Source: Bacteroidales bacterium (GTDB lineage: Bacteria > Bacteroidota > Bacteroidia > Bacteroidales > UBA3824). Taken from it: DNA of 64,000 nucleotides. The stretch lies in NCBI GenBank assembly GCA_017394445.1, contig JAFPYT010000071.1, forward strand, positions 25,005-89,004, given 5' to 3'. Positions 18,256 to 27,606 of the stretch are shown here, piece after piece; the stretch's first letter is position 1, and each line of letters begins with the position of its first letter. The position numbers were made by a program, and so were the translations under genes. A model generated the notes under the pieces. It was given only the letters and a program-made list of their open reading frames with translations, was not told where the DNA came from and ran no database searches.

Positions 18256-19284
18256 TTAAAACTTGGTCTCCGAAGTTACCCTAAACACGGCTGTTGTCTT
18301 AGAGCCACGTTTATAAAATTCGCAGAGCCAACCACGCTGCAAAAATTTTTCGCGAAGAGTTTCGGCAGAAGTTTCGGTGGTGAATGAAACAATATTGGCG
18401 CAAGGTTTTTCGGGATTGAAGCCCATTTCGCGGAGAGTGTCGTAAAGGCGGAGAACGTTTTCGCAGAGGGCATCGCGCTCATCATCAGAATAATCAATAA
18501 ACGTTTGAAGGTCGAAGGCGGCAGTGGCAAGAGTTCCACGCTGAACACTTACCGAATATCTAAGCGATACAGAACGGCGGCGAAGGAGTTCTATCAAAGT
18601 GGAATCGCCACAGATAAACGCTCCTACTGAGGCTTTGAGAGTGGATTGAAGGTTAACGATTTTTAAATCGGCAAAACCACGAATGCCGCAATGCTCGTCG
18701 CTACCACGTCCGTTTTTACCACAGGCGAGAAAACCGAAACTATCGTCTACCACCACCAAAGCGTTGTATTTTTCTGCCAAAAGTTTTATGGCGTTGAGAT
18801 TGGCACATTGCCCCGAATCGCAAAAAATACCGTCGGTAACTATCATCCTGATTCTCCGCATTTGTGATAGTTTCAATTTATCTTCAAGTTTAGCCATATC
18901 GTTGTGTCCAAACCGTAGTTTTTCGGCAGCAGAAAGACGTATACCACGCATCAAAGAGGGATTGCAATATTCGTCGTAAATAATGGCGTCGGTATCGTTC
19001 AAGAGGTTTGCGGCAAAATCGGCAGTAATAGCCTCGTAAGATGGAAACACCAATATTTCAGGAACTTGAAGAAAATCACAAACTACGGATTCAAACTCCT
19101 TTTGCTCTTTGGTAACACCGCACGAATAGGTGTTGAAAATGGTTTGGAAGCCACCCATTACACCAGTGTTAGAAAAATTAATAATTGATGTATTATCAAA
19201 GTCGAAAACCATATCAGATGGTCGCGATATGGCTTTCGACATTACAAGTTCTTCTTCAAAAAACTGACGGCTGTTTGAATCCAT
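18256..19284 (-). CDS. Alpha-oxoamine-synthase-like (KBL/AONS/SPT family, fold-type I PLP) protein, short and apparently divergent at PLP-contact residues
   Basis: The Lys motif STLKASVGAF is family-like, and VVVDDSFGF and DEYCNPSLMRGIRLS align by eye to D(E/D)AH and NHAS...RLS. At 342 aa it is shorter than typical members. Confidence 0.55.
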   Translation of the reverse strand: MDSNSRQFFEEELVMSKAISRPSDMVFDFDNTSIINFSNTGVMGGFQTIFNTYSCGVTKEQKEFESVVCDFLQVPEILVFPSYEAITADFAANLLNDTDAIIYDEYCNPSLMRGIRLSAAEKLRFGHNDMAKLEDKLKLSQMRRIRMIVTDGIFCDSGQCANLNAIKLLAEKYNALVVVDDSFGFLACGKNGRGSDEHCGIRGFADLKIVNLQSTLKASVGAFICGDSTLIELLRRRSVSLRYSVSVQRGTLATAAFDLQTFIDYSDDERDALCENVLRLYDTLREMGFNPEKPCANIVSFTTETSAETLREKFLQRGWLCEFYKRGSKTTAVFRVTSETKF

Positions 19285-19301
19285 AGTTTAAATAATGATG
19301 G

Positions 19302-20243
19302 TTATTTTCGCTTATAATAAGTTTTTACTCCTGTGCTACATTCGCGGCAATTGCCGGTATACTTGTAAGTGATTTCATCGGTGTCGGACGAATTATCCTC
19401 TTTATAGTTACTTTTAGTAACAGATTTAATCAAACGTCCGGCATTGTCGTATTCGTAAGTAGAATTAGAGGTCATAGCCGTATTCTCGTAAATTTGTTTT
19501 GACAATGTTCCATCGGCATTATACTCATTAGTAGTGGTTTCGGCAACTTCCCATTTTCCATTTTTGGCTTTACGCTTTGTTTCGGAACTCTTTACAAGAT
19601 ATTTACCACCTATCGAAACATAAGATATGCGAGTTTCTGATAAGCCCTCTTCCTGAGAATTTACAACTATAAGAGTGTCATTATTATTTGCGTCAAAATA
19701 TTTCTCGGTTATAGTTTTTTTGGGCTCGCTCTCCATCATCGAAAGAATACGGGTTTCGGTACTTTTGTTACCCTCGTATTTGGTTGTGGAGGTCTCCTCG
19801 CCGCCGTCGGCACCGTAATAGGTTTCTACAAGACGGTTTTGCGAATCATAGGTATAAGTGTCGGTGGTTTCAATTTCAGAATCGCTGATAGGGTCGTAAT
19901 AAACGTAAGACGTGAGGTTGCCATTGTCGTCGTAGTTATAGTTGACAATGCATCCGCAACGGTTTTCCTCGTAATAATCGGCGAATTTTTTGGTAATTCT
20001 GCCATTGGCATCGTATTCCAAACGGTAAGAAGTGTCGCCATTGCTTTGAATTTCGCAAAGCGGTTTTTCCCAATCAATTCCGTCGTCAATGGGCTGGGCG
20101 GGTTGCGGTTCGGGTTGAGTTTCGGTAACGGCAGATGCAGTGGAATCAACATTCTGAGCGTTTTGATTGTTACCATTGGATGCGCATCCTGCCAAAACTG
20201 CAAGCGATGCCAATGATAAAATAGTTAGATAATGGTTTTTCAT
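19302..20243 (-). CDS. YD-repeat-containing lipoprotein, paralog 1 of 3
   Basis: The lipobox signal is MKNHYLTILSLASLAVLAGC. YD-like repeats include YEYDANGRITK, YNYDDNGNLTS, YTYDSQNRLVE and YEYDNAGRLIK. Confidence 0.75.
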   Translation of the reverse strand: MKNHYLTILSLASLAVLAGCASNGNNQNAQNVDSTASAVTETQPEPQPAQPIDDGIDWEKPLCEIQSNGDTSYRLEYDANGRITKKFADYYEENRCGCIVNYNYDDNGNLTSYVYYDPISDSEIETTDTYTYDSQNRLVETYYGADGGEETSTTKYEGNKSTETRILSMMESEPKKTITEKYFDANNNDTLIVVNSQEEGLSETRISYVSIGGKYLVKSSETKRKAKNGKWEVAETTTNEYNADGTLSKQIYENTAMTSNSTYEYDNAGRLIKSVTKSNYKEDNSSDTDEITYKYTGNCRECSTGVKTYYKRK

Positions 20244-20288
20244 TGTAAATGACAGTTTTAATTAATGATATGTAAAAGATTGAATTAC

Positions 20289-21140
20289 TTATTTTTTTGC
20301 ATAGTATGTTTTATATCCGTTGTCCTCGATTTTGCAGTTGCCATCGTAAGAATAAGTGTAAGTACTGGTCCTGGCGGGATCGCCATCGCCATAATCACTA
20401 ACACAAATACTTTTGGTCAACCTGCCGTATTGGTCGTATTCGTTATCCTTTTTAAAAGAAACAAATTTTTGTCCATCTTTGGTCTCCTTGTTGGTAATCG
20501 ATGATTTTAAAACCTTTTTACCGTTGATGGTGACGTATGTAAAGCGAGTGGTATAGATGTCGGGCTTGACAGTGTAGTCGGGTTCGGTCTCGTCAGCTCT
20601 GCGAACCAACTGCGATTTGTCTATCTCCAAAGTATCGTTTCCGTCGGCATCAAAATAGGTTTCAATAACGTCTTTATAGATCTCCTCCGAATATGATTCT
20701 GACTCAGTGATTTTTTTGTTGCCTTCATAGCGGTATGTGGAGGTTACATCGGATGATAGGTCGTGTGTTTTGTAGGCAATAACACGGTTTTGCGAATCGA
20801 ATTGTTTAGAATAACTTCCGATTTCCAGATCTTCGGAAACACAAGAAGTGTCGTTACCGGCGGCATCGTAATAATAAGTAGAATACGACTCCTCACTGTT
20901 ATCAGAATAGTAAGAGACCTTTACAAGTTTGCCGGAAGCATTGTATTGATACACTGTGGATGTATCTCCCATTTTGTCAAGAGAATAAAGCGGTTTTTCC
21001 CAATCGATACCGTCGTCAACGGGCTGGGCGGGTTGCTGTTCAGTGTCATTCTGAGCGTTTTGATTGTTACCATTGGATGCGCATCCTGCCAAAACTGCAA
21101 GCGATGCCAATGATAAAATAGTTAGATAATGATTTTTCAT
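20289..21140 (-). CDS. YD-repeat-containing lipoprotein, paralog 2 of 3
   Basis: The signal peptide and lipobox are identical to paralog 1. Other features are YQYNASGKLVK and FDSQNRVIAY, and the C-terminus GYKTYYAKK is shared with paralog 3. Confidence 0.75.
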   Translation of the reverse strand: MKNHYLTILSLASLAVLAGCASNGNNQNAQNDTEQQPAQPVDDGIDWEKPLYSLDKMGDTSTVYQYNASGKLVKVSYYSDNSEESYSTYYYDAAGNDTSCVSEDLEIGSYSKQFDSQNRVIAYKTHDLSSDVTSTYRYEGNKKITESESYSEEIYKDVIETYFDADGNDTLEIDKSQLVRRADETEPDYTVKPDIYTTRFTYVTINGKKVLKSSITNKETKDGQKFVSFKKDNEYDQYGRLTKSICVSDYGDGDPARTSTYTYSYDGNCKIEDNGYKTYYAKK

Positions 21141-21185
21141 TGTAAATAACAGTTTTAATTAATGATATGTAAAAGATTGAATTAC

Positions 21186-22076
21186 TTATTTTTTGGCATA
21201 GTATGTTTTATAACCGTAGGAATCGGTTTTGCAGTTGCCATCGTAAGAATAAGTGTAAGTATCGGTAGTGGCAGGATCGCCGTTGCCCTGATCCGAAACA
21301 CAAATATTTTTGGTCAACCTGCCGTATTGGTCGTATTCGTTATCCTCCTCAGAAAAAACAAATTTTTTCCCATCTTTGGTCTCCTTGTTGGTAACCGATG
21401 ATTTTAAAACCCTCTTGCCGTTGATGGTGACGTAGGTATTGCGGGTGGTAAAAATATCGGGCTTAACAGAGTAGTCGGGGTCGGTATCGGACGCTTCGCG
21501 AACCAACTGCGATTTATTTATAACCAAAGTATCGTTTCCATCGGCATCAAAATAGGTTTCAATAACTTCTTTATAGATACACTCCGAAAGGGATGATTCT
21601 GACTCAGTGATTTTTTTGTTGCCCTCATAGCGGTATGTAGCGGATTCTGAATCAGATTCGCCATCCATTTCGTAGGCAATAACACGGTTTTGCGAATCGA
21701 ATTTTTTTGAAAAACCTCCGCAGGGCAATTCCTGACTTTCGTCTACGAAAAATGAAACACAAGAAGTGTCGTTACCGGCGGCATCGTAATAATATTTACT
21801 TCCCGACATTAAATGTTTTTCGTAATAGTTACTGTGCTTAACAAGTTTGCCGGCAGCATTGTATTGATACACATCGGATGTATCTCCCTTTTCGTCAAGC
21901 GAATAAAGTGGTTTTTCCCAATCGATACCGTCGTCTAATACCTGAGATTCTGATTTAGTTTCAGTGGCGGCGGAGGCAGTTGAATCTACATTCTGAGCGT
22001 TTTGATTTGAATTGTTTGATGCGCATCCTGCCAAAACAGCCGATGCACACAAAATTGTTAAATAGTTGATTTTCAT
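21186..22076 (-). CDS. YD-repeat-containing lipoprotein, paralog 3 of 3
   Basis: The lipobox signal is MKINYLTILCASAVLAGC. It is collinear with paralog 2 over most of its length (YQYNAAGKLVK, FDSQNRVIAYE, ...YGYKTYYAKK). Confidence 0.75.
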   Translation of the reverse strand: MKINYLTILCASAVLAGCASNNSNQNAQNVDSTASAATETKSESQVLDDGIDWEKPLYSLDEKGDTSDVYQYNAAGKLVKHSNYYEKHLMSGSKYYYDAAGNDTSCVSFFVDESQELPCGGFSKKFDSQNRVIAYEMDGESDSESATYRYEGNKKITESESSLSECIYKEVIETYFDADGNDTLVINKSQLVREASDTDPDYSVKPDIFTTRNTYVTINGKRVLKSSVTNKETKDGKKFVFSEEDNEYDQYGRLTKNICVSDQGNGDPATTDTYTYSYDGNCKTDSYGYKTYYAKK

Positions 22077-22111
22077 AATTATAAAAAATTAATTGATTAA
22101 ATAATACAGGG

Positions 22112-22119
22112 CAAAGGTA
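22112..22119 (-). promoter_or_regulatory. Bacteroidota -7 promoter box (TACCTTTG on the minus strand) for the lipoprotein array
   Basis: The reverse complement of CAAAGGTA lies 36 nt upstream of ATG 22076. I saw no comparable box in the two 45-nt spacers between paralogs. Confidence 0.4.
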
Positions 22120-22150
22120 AAAAAATTAATCTACATATTATATTAATTCG

Positions 22151-22158
22151 TAAATTTG
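22151..22158 (+). promoter_or_regulatory. Bacteroidota -7 promoter box (TAAATTTG) for pyrH
   Basis: Lies 33 nt upstream of ATG 22191 and overlaps or precedes the track's TTG start (22161), so ATG 22191 is preferred. Confidence 0.4.
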
Positions 22159-22190
22159 CATTGAATCTAAAACTTATAAACACAGCACAA

Positions 22191-22898
22191 ATGGTAAAAT
22201 ACAAACGCATATTATTGAAACTCAGCGGAGAAGCACTTGCCGGCGAAGATCATTACGGCATCAACGCCTCTACGCTCGAAGAATTTGGAAAAGAAATTTT
22301 GGAACTTACCAACGATGGCGTACAAGTGGGAATAGTTGTGGGCGGAGGAAACATTTTCCGCGGACTCACCGGCACAAGCAAGGGCATTGAACGCACCAAG
22401 GGCGACAGTATGGGAATGCTTGCCACCACTATCAACGCCATTGCTATTCAAAGCGAAATAGAGGCTCTTGGCGGAAAAGCAAAAGTGCTAACGTCCACAT
22501 TGATGGAACCTTACGCCGAAAGATTTTCAAGAAACCGCGCCATTCACGCATTAGAAAAAGGACACGTGGTAATTTTCTCAGGCGGAACAGGTAATCCATA
22601 CTTTACTACCGACAGCGCAGCAGCCCTCCGTGCAGTTGAAATCAATGCCGACATCCTTATCAAAGGCACCAAGGTAGACGGCATTTACGACAAAGACCCA
22701 ATGAAATATCCAGACGCTGTAAAATTCAACGAAATATCTTACGACGAAACTATCAGCCGCAAACTTAAAGTAATGGACCTCACAGCATTTGCACTGTGCA
22801 GCGAAAACAAAATGCCGATTATGGTTTTTGATATGACTAAAAAAGGCAACTTGAAAAAAGTAATAAACGGCGAAAAAATTGGAACTTTGGTAAAATAA
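22191..22898 (+). CDS. pyrH: UMP kinase
   Basis: Motifs: MVKYKRILLKLSGEAL, GIVVGGGNIFRG, and FSGGTGNPYFTTDSAAALRA. Confidence 0.9.
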   Translation: MVKYKRILLKLSGEALAGEDHYGINASTLEEFGKEILELTNDGVQVGIVVGGGNIFRGLTGTSKGIERTKGDSMGMLATTINAIAIQSEIEALGGKAKVLTSTLMEPYAERFSRNRAIHALEKGHVVIFSGGTGNPYFTTDSAAALRAVEINADILIKGTKVDGIYDKDPMKYPDAVKFNEISYDETISRKLKVMDLTAFALCSENKMPIMVFDMTKKGNLKKVINGEKIGTLVK

Positions 22899-22931
22899 TT
22901 GTAGCAAATAAATAACACATTTGCTAAAAAG

Positions 22932-23975
22932 ATGAGATACCTCGATCACAAAAAGACGGCTGAAATTATCCGCCGAATACTTAAAGAGAACCGCGTAGAC
23001 CAAGAATCTATCGACCATTTGACCGAAAGCATTATCGATGCATCGCTCAAAGGTATTGATACGCACGGTCTTGCGCTGTTTCCGCATTACTTAGAAGGTT
23101 TTCAGTTGGGCAGAATAAACCGCAAACCGCAATTCAGAATTATCAAAGACAGCGGCTCTGCCAAACTTATCGACGCCGATGGCGCAATAGGACACCACGC
23201 AGGACGTTTCGCAATGGATTTCTGCATAGATATGGCTTCAAAAAACGGCTCAGGATGCTGCGCGGTAAAGAACTCGTCGCATTTTGGCGCGGCAGAATAT
23301 TTCACCATCTACGCCGCCAAGCACAATATGCTCGGATTCGCTTTCACCAATACAAACTCTCTTGTAAAGGCGTTCAACGCCGTAGAGCCTATGTTTGGCA
23401 CAAATCCGATTTGTTTTGCGTGTCCCATCGAGGGCGAAGAACCTCTCAGCCTTGATATGGCAACAAGCGTAATCTCTTGGAATCACGTGCGTAACTATAA
23501 GGAAGCGGGACTAACACTTGAAGACGGCTGCGCCTACGATGCAGAAGGTCATTTCACCACCGACCCTCACGCCGCTAAATGTGTCCGCCCGATTGGAGAT
23601 TACAAAGGATATGGTCTTGGAATGATGGTAGAGATTTTGTGTAGTGTGCTCACAGGCAGCGACTTAGGCAAAGACCTTATGCCAATGTTCCATTCTGATA
23701 TGACCAAAAAACGTGGTATCTCGCACTTTTTTCACGCAATAGACATCAGCAAATTTACCAAAGTGAGCGATTTTGCCAAACGTATGAAGACTTTGGCAGA
23801 GTTTATCCGCTCAATGCGTCCGCTCGAAGGCAAAGAGGTGATGATACCCGGCGACCCCGAAAAACGCCGCAAAGCCGAACGCCTAAAAACTGGTATCCCT
23901 ATGACCGACAATGTATTTGCCGAGTTTATAGCCATTAGCAAAGATTTTGAAGAAGCGGTGATAAGGGAGGATTAA
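22932..23975 (+). CDS. Ldh_2 family (malate/L-lactate/sulfolactate dehydrogenase type 2) oxidoreductase
   Basis: Motifs: SLKGIDTHGLALFPHYLEG, SSHFGAAEYF and FGTNPICFACP. Its stop overlaps the stop of the convergent helicase gene by 4 nt. Confidence 0.75.
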   Translation: MRYLDHKKTAEIIRRILKENRVDQESIDHLTESIIDASLKGIDTHGLALFPHYLEGFQLGRINRKPQFRIIKDSGSAKLIDADGAIGHHAGRFAMDFCIDMASKNGSGCCAVKNSSHFGAAEYFTIYAAKHNMLGFAFTNTNSLVKAFNAVEPMFGTNPICFACPIEGEEPLSLDMATSVISWNHVRNYKEAGLTLEDGCAYDAEGHFTTDPHAAKCVRPIGDYKGYGLGMMVEILCSVLTGSDLGKDLMPMFHSDMTKKRGISHFFHAIDISKFTKVSDFAKRMKTLAEFIRSMRPLEGKEVMIPGDPEKRRKAERLKTGIPMTDNVFAEFIAISKDFEEAVIRED

Positions 23976-26212
23976 ATCACACTCCCCCTCCCCCATTGCA
24001 ACACTCTTTCTTTCATACCTTTAATATCGAGCACACCGTAGGCGAAACCTTTTTTGATGAGTTCTTCGGGCACATAGATGTCGTATTTTTCAAAAATGGG
24101 ATTTTCATTCGGATAGACGAGCGCAAGGGGAGAAAAATCTACCTGCGCCTCCTCGGTGGTGATTTGATAAAACTCCTCAGCAGAGGTGCGCATAGTAAAC
24201 TGCATATAGTAAGGTCGGCACGGACTAAGTCCCTTAATACCAAGCCGTGCGCCGCAACGTATTTTCAAAAATCGCTCCAAGGCAATAAAAGCGTAGGTGC
24301 CGAGCCACGGAAACAAAGCCCACATACTGCCACCAAGATTAATGAGCGGATTATGAGCCAATCCCGACTTTTGAAACAATTCTCGTGCGTCGCGCAGACG
24401 GAAAACTGCATTTCGCATAAGGTAGCGGTATGATTCTGAGCCGTTTAGCACCGAATGCATTTTTTCAAGAATTCGGGTATGAATATCGCCCGCGCAATCG
24501 CCAAAATATGCAGGAACACGTCCCTTAACCAATGTGCAGTAAACCTCGTGACGATTGTGGTCAACGCTGTCCACAGCCCACACACGACCCGCAATGGCAA
24601 TCTTCTCTCCCACTGGCGGCGGCTTAACTATTGTGCCAAGTTCCTGAGAATCACTACGAACAGTATATTCCAAATTTTCTTGAAACACAGCGTAAAACTT
24701 GTAGTTGTTGACCACTCGTTCGCCGGTAAGACCCGTAATCAAACCTCCATTTTCGGTGCGTACAATATGGTCGGTTTTTAAAAGATGGCGCAAAAGTATG
24801 CGGTAATCGTCTTGCGAAATGGTTTTGAAAACGCTGAGAGTGAGGATACGCGAAGCGAGTTCGGCAGCGGTCATTTCGCCACACGAAGCCAAAGTGCTCA
24901 TAGTCTGGTGATAAAGCAGGCTAAACGGCAGACGACCTGTGCGTGGCGGCTCTACAAAACGTTCCTCTATGTATAACTGTATCAGCGCGATAGTCTGAAT
25001 CAAATACCACGGAATATTGTCGGGCAGCATAGCACGCGATTCGGGATGCTCCTCACGCATAACAAAGTGCATTTCAGAGGGGTTTCCACGGCGACCTGTG
25101 CGACCGAGACGTTGCAGAAATCCCGAAACAGTAAACGGTGCGTCGATATGAAACGCACGCTCCAAACGTCCGATGTCGATACCAAGTTCCAAAGTGGCAG
25201 TGGCGCATACCGACATCAGCGATTCATCGTCTTTCATATCCTCCTCGGCACTCTCGCGATATGATACAGAGAGATTTCCGTGATGAATAAGAAAACGATC
25301 GGGTTCGCCGTTTACCTCGCAATATTGGCGAAGTTGCTGGCAAACACTTTCGCACTCTTCGCGCGAATTGGTAAAAATCAAGCACTTGGCATCTTTGGTG
25401 TGTTCAAAAATATAACCTATACCTGGGTCGGCAGCCTTGGGAGCAGTATCAGTGGGCGCATCGGGCACAGGCGTAGAGATTTGCTCAGTTTTATCGTCTG
25501 ACGCTTGTGGTGCAGTGTTAAAGAAGTGCTCCACAGATAGCCTCCAACGGTCTTTCGCCCCTTCAATTTTTGGAATAACAGTTTGGTGACCGCTTCCCGA
25601 AGAAAGGAAACGCCCTGCCTCAACGGGATTGCCTATTGTGGCAGAGAGGCCAATACGGCGGGGGTTGCAATCGGCAATAGAGCAGAGCCGCTGAATAAGG
25701 CAAAAAGTCTGATATCCTCTATCGCCCCGCAATAAAGAGTGAATTTCGTCGATAACTATAAACCTAAGGTCGCAAAATAGCGATGGAATCATTGCGTGCT
25801 TGGTAATCAACAGTGCTTCAAGCGATTCGGGAGTAATCTGCAACACACCTGCGGGATGGTTTAGCAGTTTTCGTTTTTTGCTTTGCGACACATCGCCGTG
25901 CCAACGAGTAACGGGTATGGCCGCCTCTTGACAAAGTTCTTCAAGCCTACCGAATTGGTCGTTGATCAATGCTTTAAGGGGTGCTATATAAAGTATTCCA
26001 ACAGATTTAGAAGGGTCTTCGTCTAAGAGGGTCAGCATAGGGAAAAACGCAGCCTCGGTTTTGCCCGAGGCGGTAGAGGCGCACAGCAGCACATCGGCGT
26101 TTGTGGTAAAGATAGTCTCACCAGCCGCATTCTGCACCGCCCTAAGCGTCTGCCACCCATTGCGGTAAATATAATCCTGAATAAACGGCGAATATCGGTT
26201 GAAGACGTCCAT
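23972..26212 (-). CDS. Lhr-like DEAD/DExH-box superfamily-2 helicase (Shango SngC-like / BrxHI-like)
   Basis: Motif I is CASTASGKTEAAF, motif II VIDEIHSL, motif III SATIGN and motif VI QRLGRTGRRG. A ~350-aa Lhr-type C-terminal extension follows. Confidence 0.85.
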   Translation of the reverse strand: MDVFNRYSPFIQDYIYRNGWQTLRAVQNAAGETIFTTNADVLLCASTASGKTEAAFFPMLTLLDEDPSKSVGILYIAPLKALINDQFGRLEELCQEAAIPVTRWHGDVSQSKKRKLLNHPAGVLQITPESLEALLITKHAMIPSLFCDLRFIVIDEIHSLLRGDRGYQTFCLIQRLCSIADCNPRRIGLSATIGNPVEAGRFLSSGSGHQTVIPKIEGAKDRWRLSVEHFFNTAPQASDDKTEQISTPVPDAPTDTAPKAADPGIGYIFEHTKDAKCLIFTNSREECESVCQQLRQYCEVNGEPDRFLIHHGNLSVSYRESAEEDMKDDESLMSVCATATLELGIDIGRLERAFHIDAPFTVSGFLQRLGRTGRRGNPSEMHFVMREEHPESRAMLPDNIPWYLIQTIALIQLYIEERFVEPPRTGRLPFSLLYHQTMSTLASCGEMTAAELASRILTLSVFKTISQDDYRILLRHLLKTDHIVRTENGGLITGLTGERVVNNYKFYAVFQENLEYTVRSDSQELGTIVKPPPVGEKIAIAGRVWAVDSVDHNRHEVYCTLVKGRVPAYFGDCAGDIHTRILEKMHSVLNGSESYRYLMRNAVFRLRDARELFQKSGLAHNPLINLGGSMWALFPWLGTYAFIALERFLKIRCGARLGIKGLSPCRPYYMQFTMRTSAEEFYQITTEEAQVDFSPLALVYPNENPIFEKYDIYVPEELIKKGFAYGVLDIKGMKERVLQWGRGSVI

Positions 26213-26224
26213 AGTTAGAAATTT

Positions 26225-27550
26225 TTACACCTCAAACTCAGCAAACTCCTCTCCTCTTTCATCCGATACTGCCTCGGATTTGGCGAAAGTGAAGTCGCCG
26301 GAGGTGAGGATATCGGTAAGTTTGAGCGTGGGGTTTTGGTACAGTAAATCAGAAAGTTCTATAAAATCGCGGATAACTTCGCGAGGAGTGATGTTTTGAT
26401 CGGCACCAATGCGCGAAAACTCTGTTTTTACGAAAGTTACCAAATCGTCGGTGGTAAGGCGGGTGGTGTAATTGTAAAGTCCGGCGTGCATATCGCGGAG
26501 TTTTTCGCACAGAACAAGCATCTCCTCGGCAGAAAGCGGGTCTAAGCGGATAATCGGCGCAAGAAGATCACGTGTGCCGGGTTTTGAAAAACGACCCTCG
26601 GCAAGTCGCGAACGGAGAGCCTCGTAACTATACACGCCACGTCGCTTATCCTCAACGGTTTGCGGAGTTGCACCCATTATTATGCCAAGATATTTAGCCT
26701 TGCCTTGCAAAGTATCGTTATACATTGTGAGCATTTTTTCGTAATTGTACTGACGGCTAATAGATTGCTGAATCTTGTAGATATTCACAAGTTCGTCGAT
26801 CATCACCATCAAACCTGTATAACCCGCAAGGCGGAAAAAATTTGCAAAGAGTTTAAGATAGTCGTACCAATCGTCGTCGGTAATGATGATACTTATGCCG
26901 AGTTCTTCCTTGGCTTCACGTTTCTGCGCGTATTCACCACGAAACCAACGTGTTACCTTCGCTTTTGTGGTATCGTCGCCATCTAAATATGCGTGGTAAT
27001 ATGCTGAGAGAAGTTTTCCAAACTCAAAACCGTGCACAAGTTCGCCAAGCGACGATGTAACGGCAAAAATTCTGCGGTCAACCTCTTTGGCGAGTTCGGG
27101 ATTATTGATATCCAAACCTATTTCCTGTACCGCAGCACTCTGTACTCCCGAAATCCAACGGTCGAGAACCAATGTTAGCGCACCACCTTCGGGTTTTGTT
27201 TTGGTAGAAAGGTTTGAAATAAGTTCGCGATAAGTAGCAAGACCCTGACCGCGTGTACCTTGCAAACGGCGTTCGGGTGAAAGGTCGGCATCAGCCACCA
27301 CAAAACCCTTGTCCATCACATAGTTGCGTATGGTTTGTAAAAGAAAACTCTTGCCCGAACCATATTTGCCCACAATAAAACGAAACGATGCTCCGCCTTC
27401 TGAAATAATATCCACATCGTGAAGAAGTGCGGCTATCTCGTTTTTGCGACCTACTGCAATGTAAGGCAGACCAATACGCGGCACAACACCGCCTTTGAGC
27501 GAGTTGAGCACAGTTTGCGCTATGCGTCGGGGTATTTTTACCTGTTCCAT
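26225..27550 (-). CDS. DUF2791 / BrxD-like P-loop ATPase (Shango SngB-like)
   Basis: Walker A is GKYGSGKSFLL and Walker B is LMVMIDELVN. The N-terminus IAQTVLNSLKGGVVPRIGLPYIAVGR is typical of the BrxD/DUF2791 family. Confidence 0.75.
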   Translation of the reverse strand: MEQVKIPRRIAQTVLNSLKGGVVPRIGLPYIAVGRKNEIAALLHDVDIISEGGASFRFIVGKYGSGKSFLLQTIRNYVMDKGFVVADADLSPERRLQGTRGQGLATYRELISNLSTKTKPEGGALTLVLDRWISGVQSAAVQEIGLDINNPELAKEVDRRIFAVTSSLGELVHGFEFGKLLSAYYHAYLDGDDTTKAKVTRWFRGEYAQKREAKEELGISIIITDDDWYDYLKLFANFFRLAGYTGLMVMIDELVNIYKIQQSISRQYNYEKMLTMYNDTLQGKAKYLGIIMGATPQTVEDKRRGVYSYEALRSRLAEGRFSKPGTRDLLAPIIRLDPLSAEEMLVLCEKLRDMHAGLYNYTTRLTTDDLVTFVKTEFSRIGADQNITPREVIRDFIELSDLLYQNPTLKLTDILTSGDFTFAKSEAVSDERGEEFAEFEV

Positions 27551-27606
27551 AAAAAATTGATTTCTGAGTAATGCGTGGCAAAAATAATAAAAATGCCGGA
27601 TAATGA

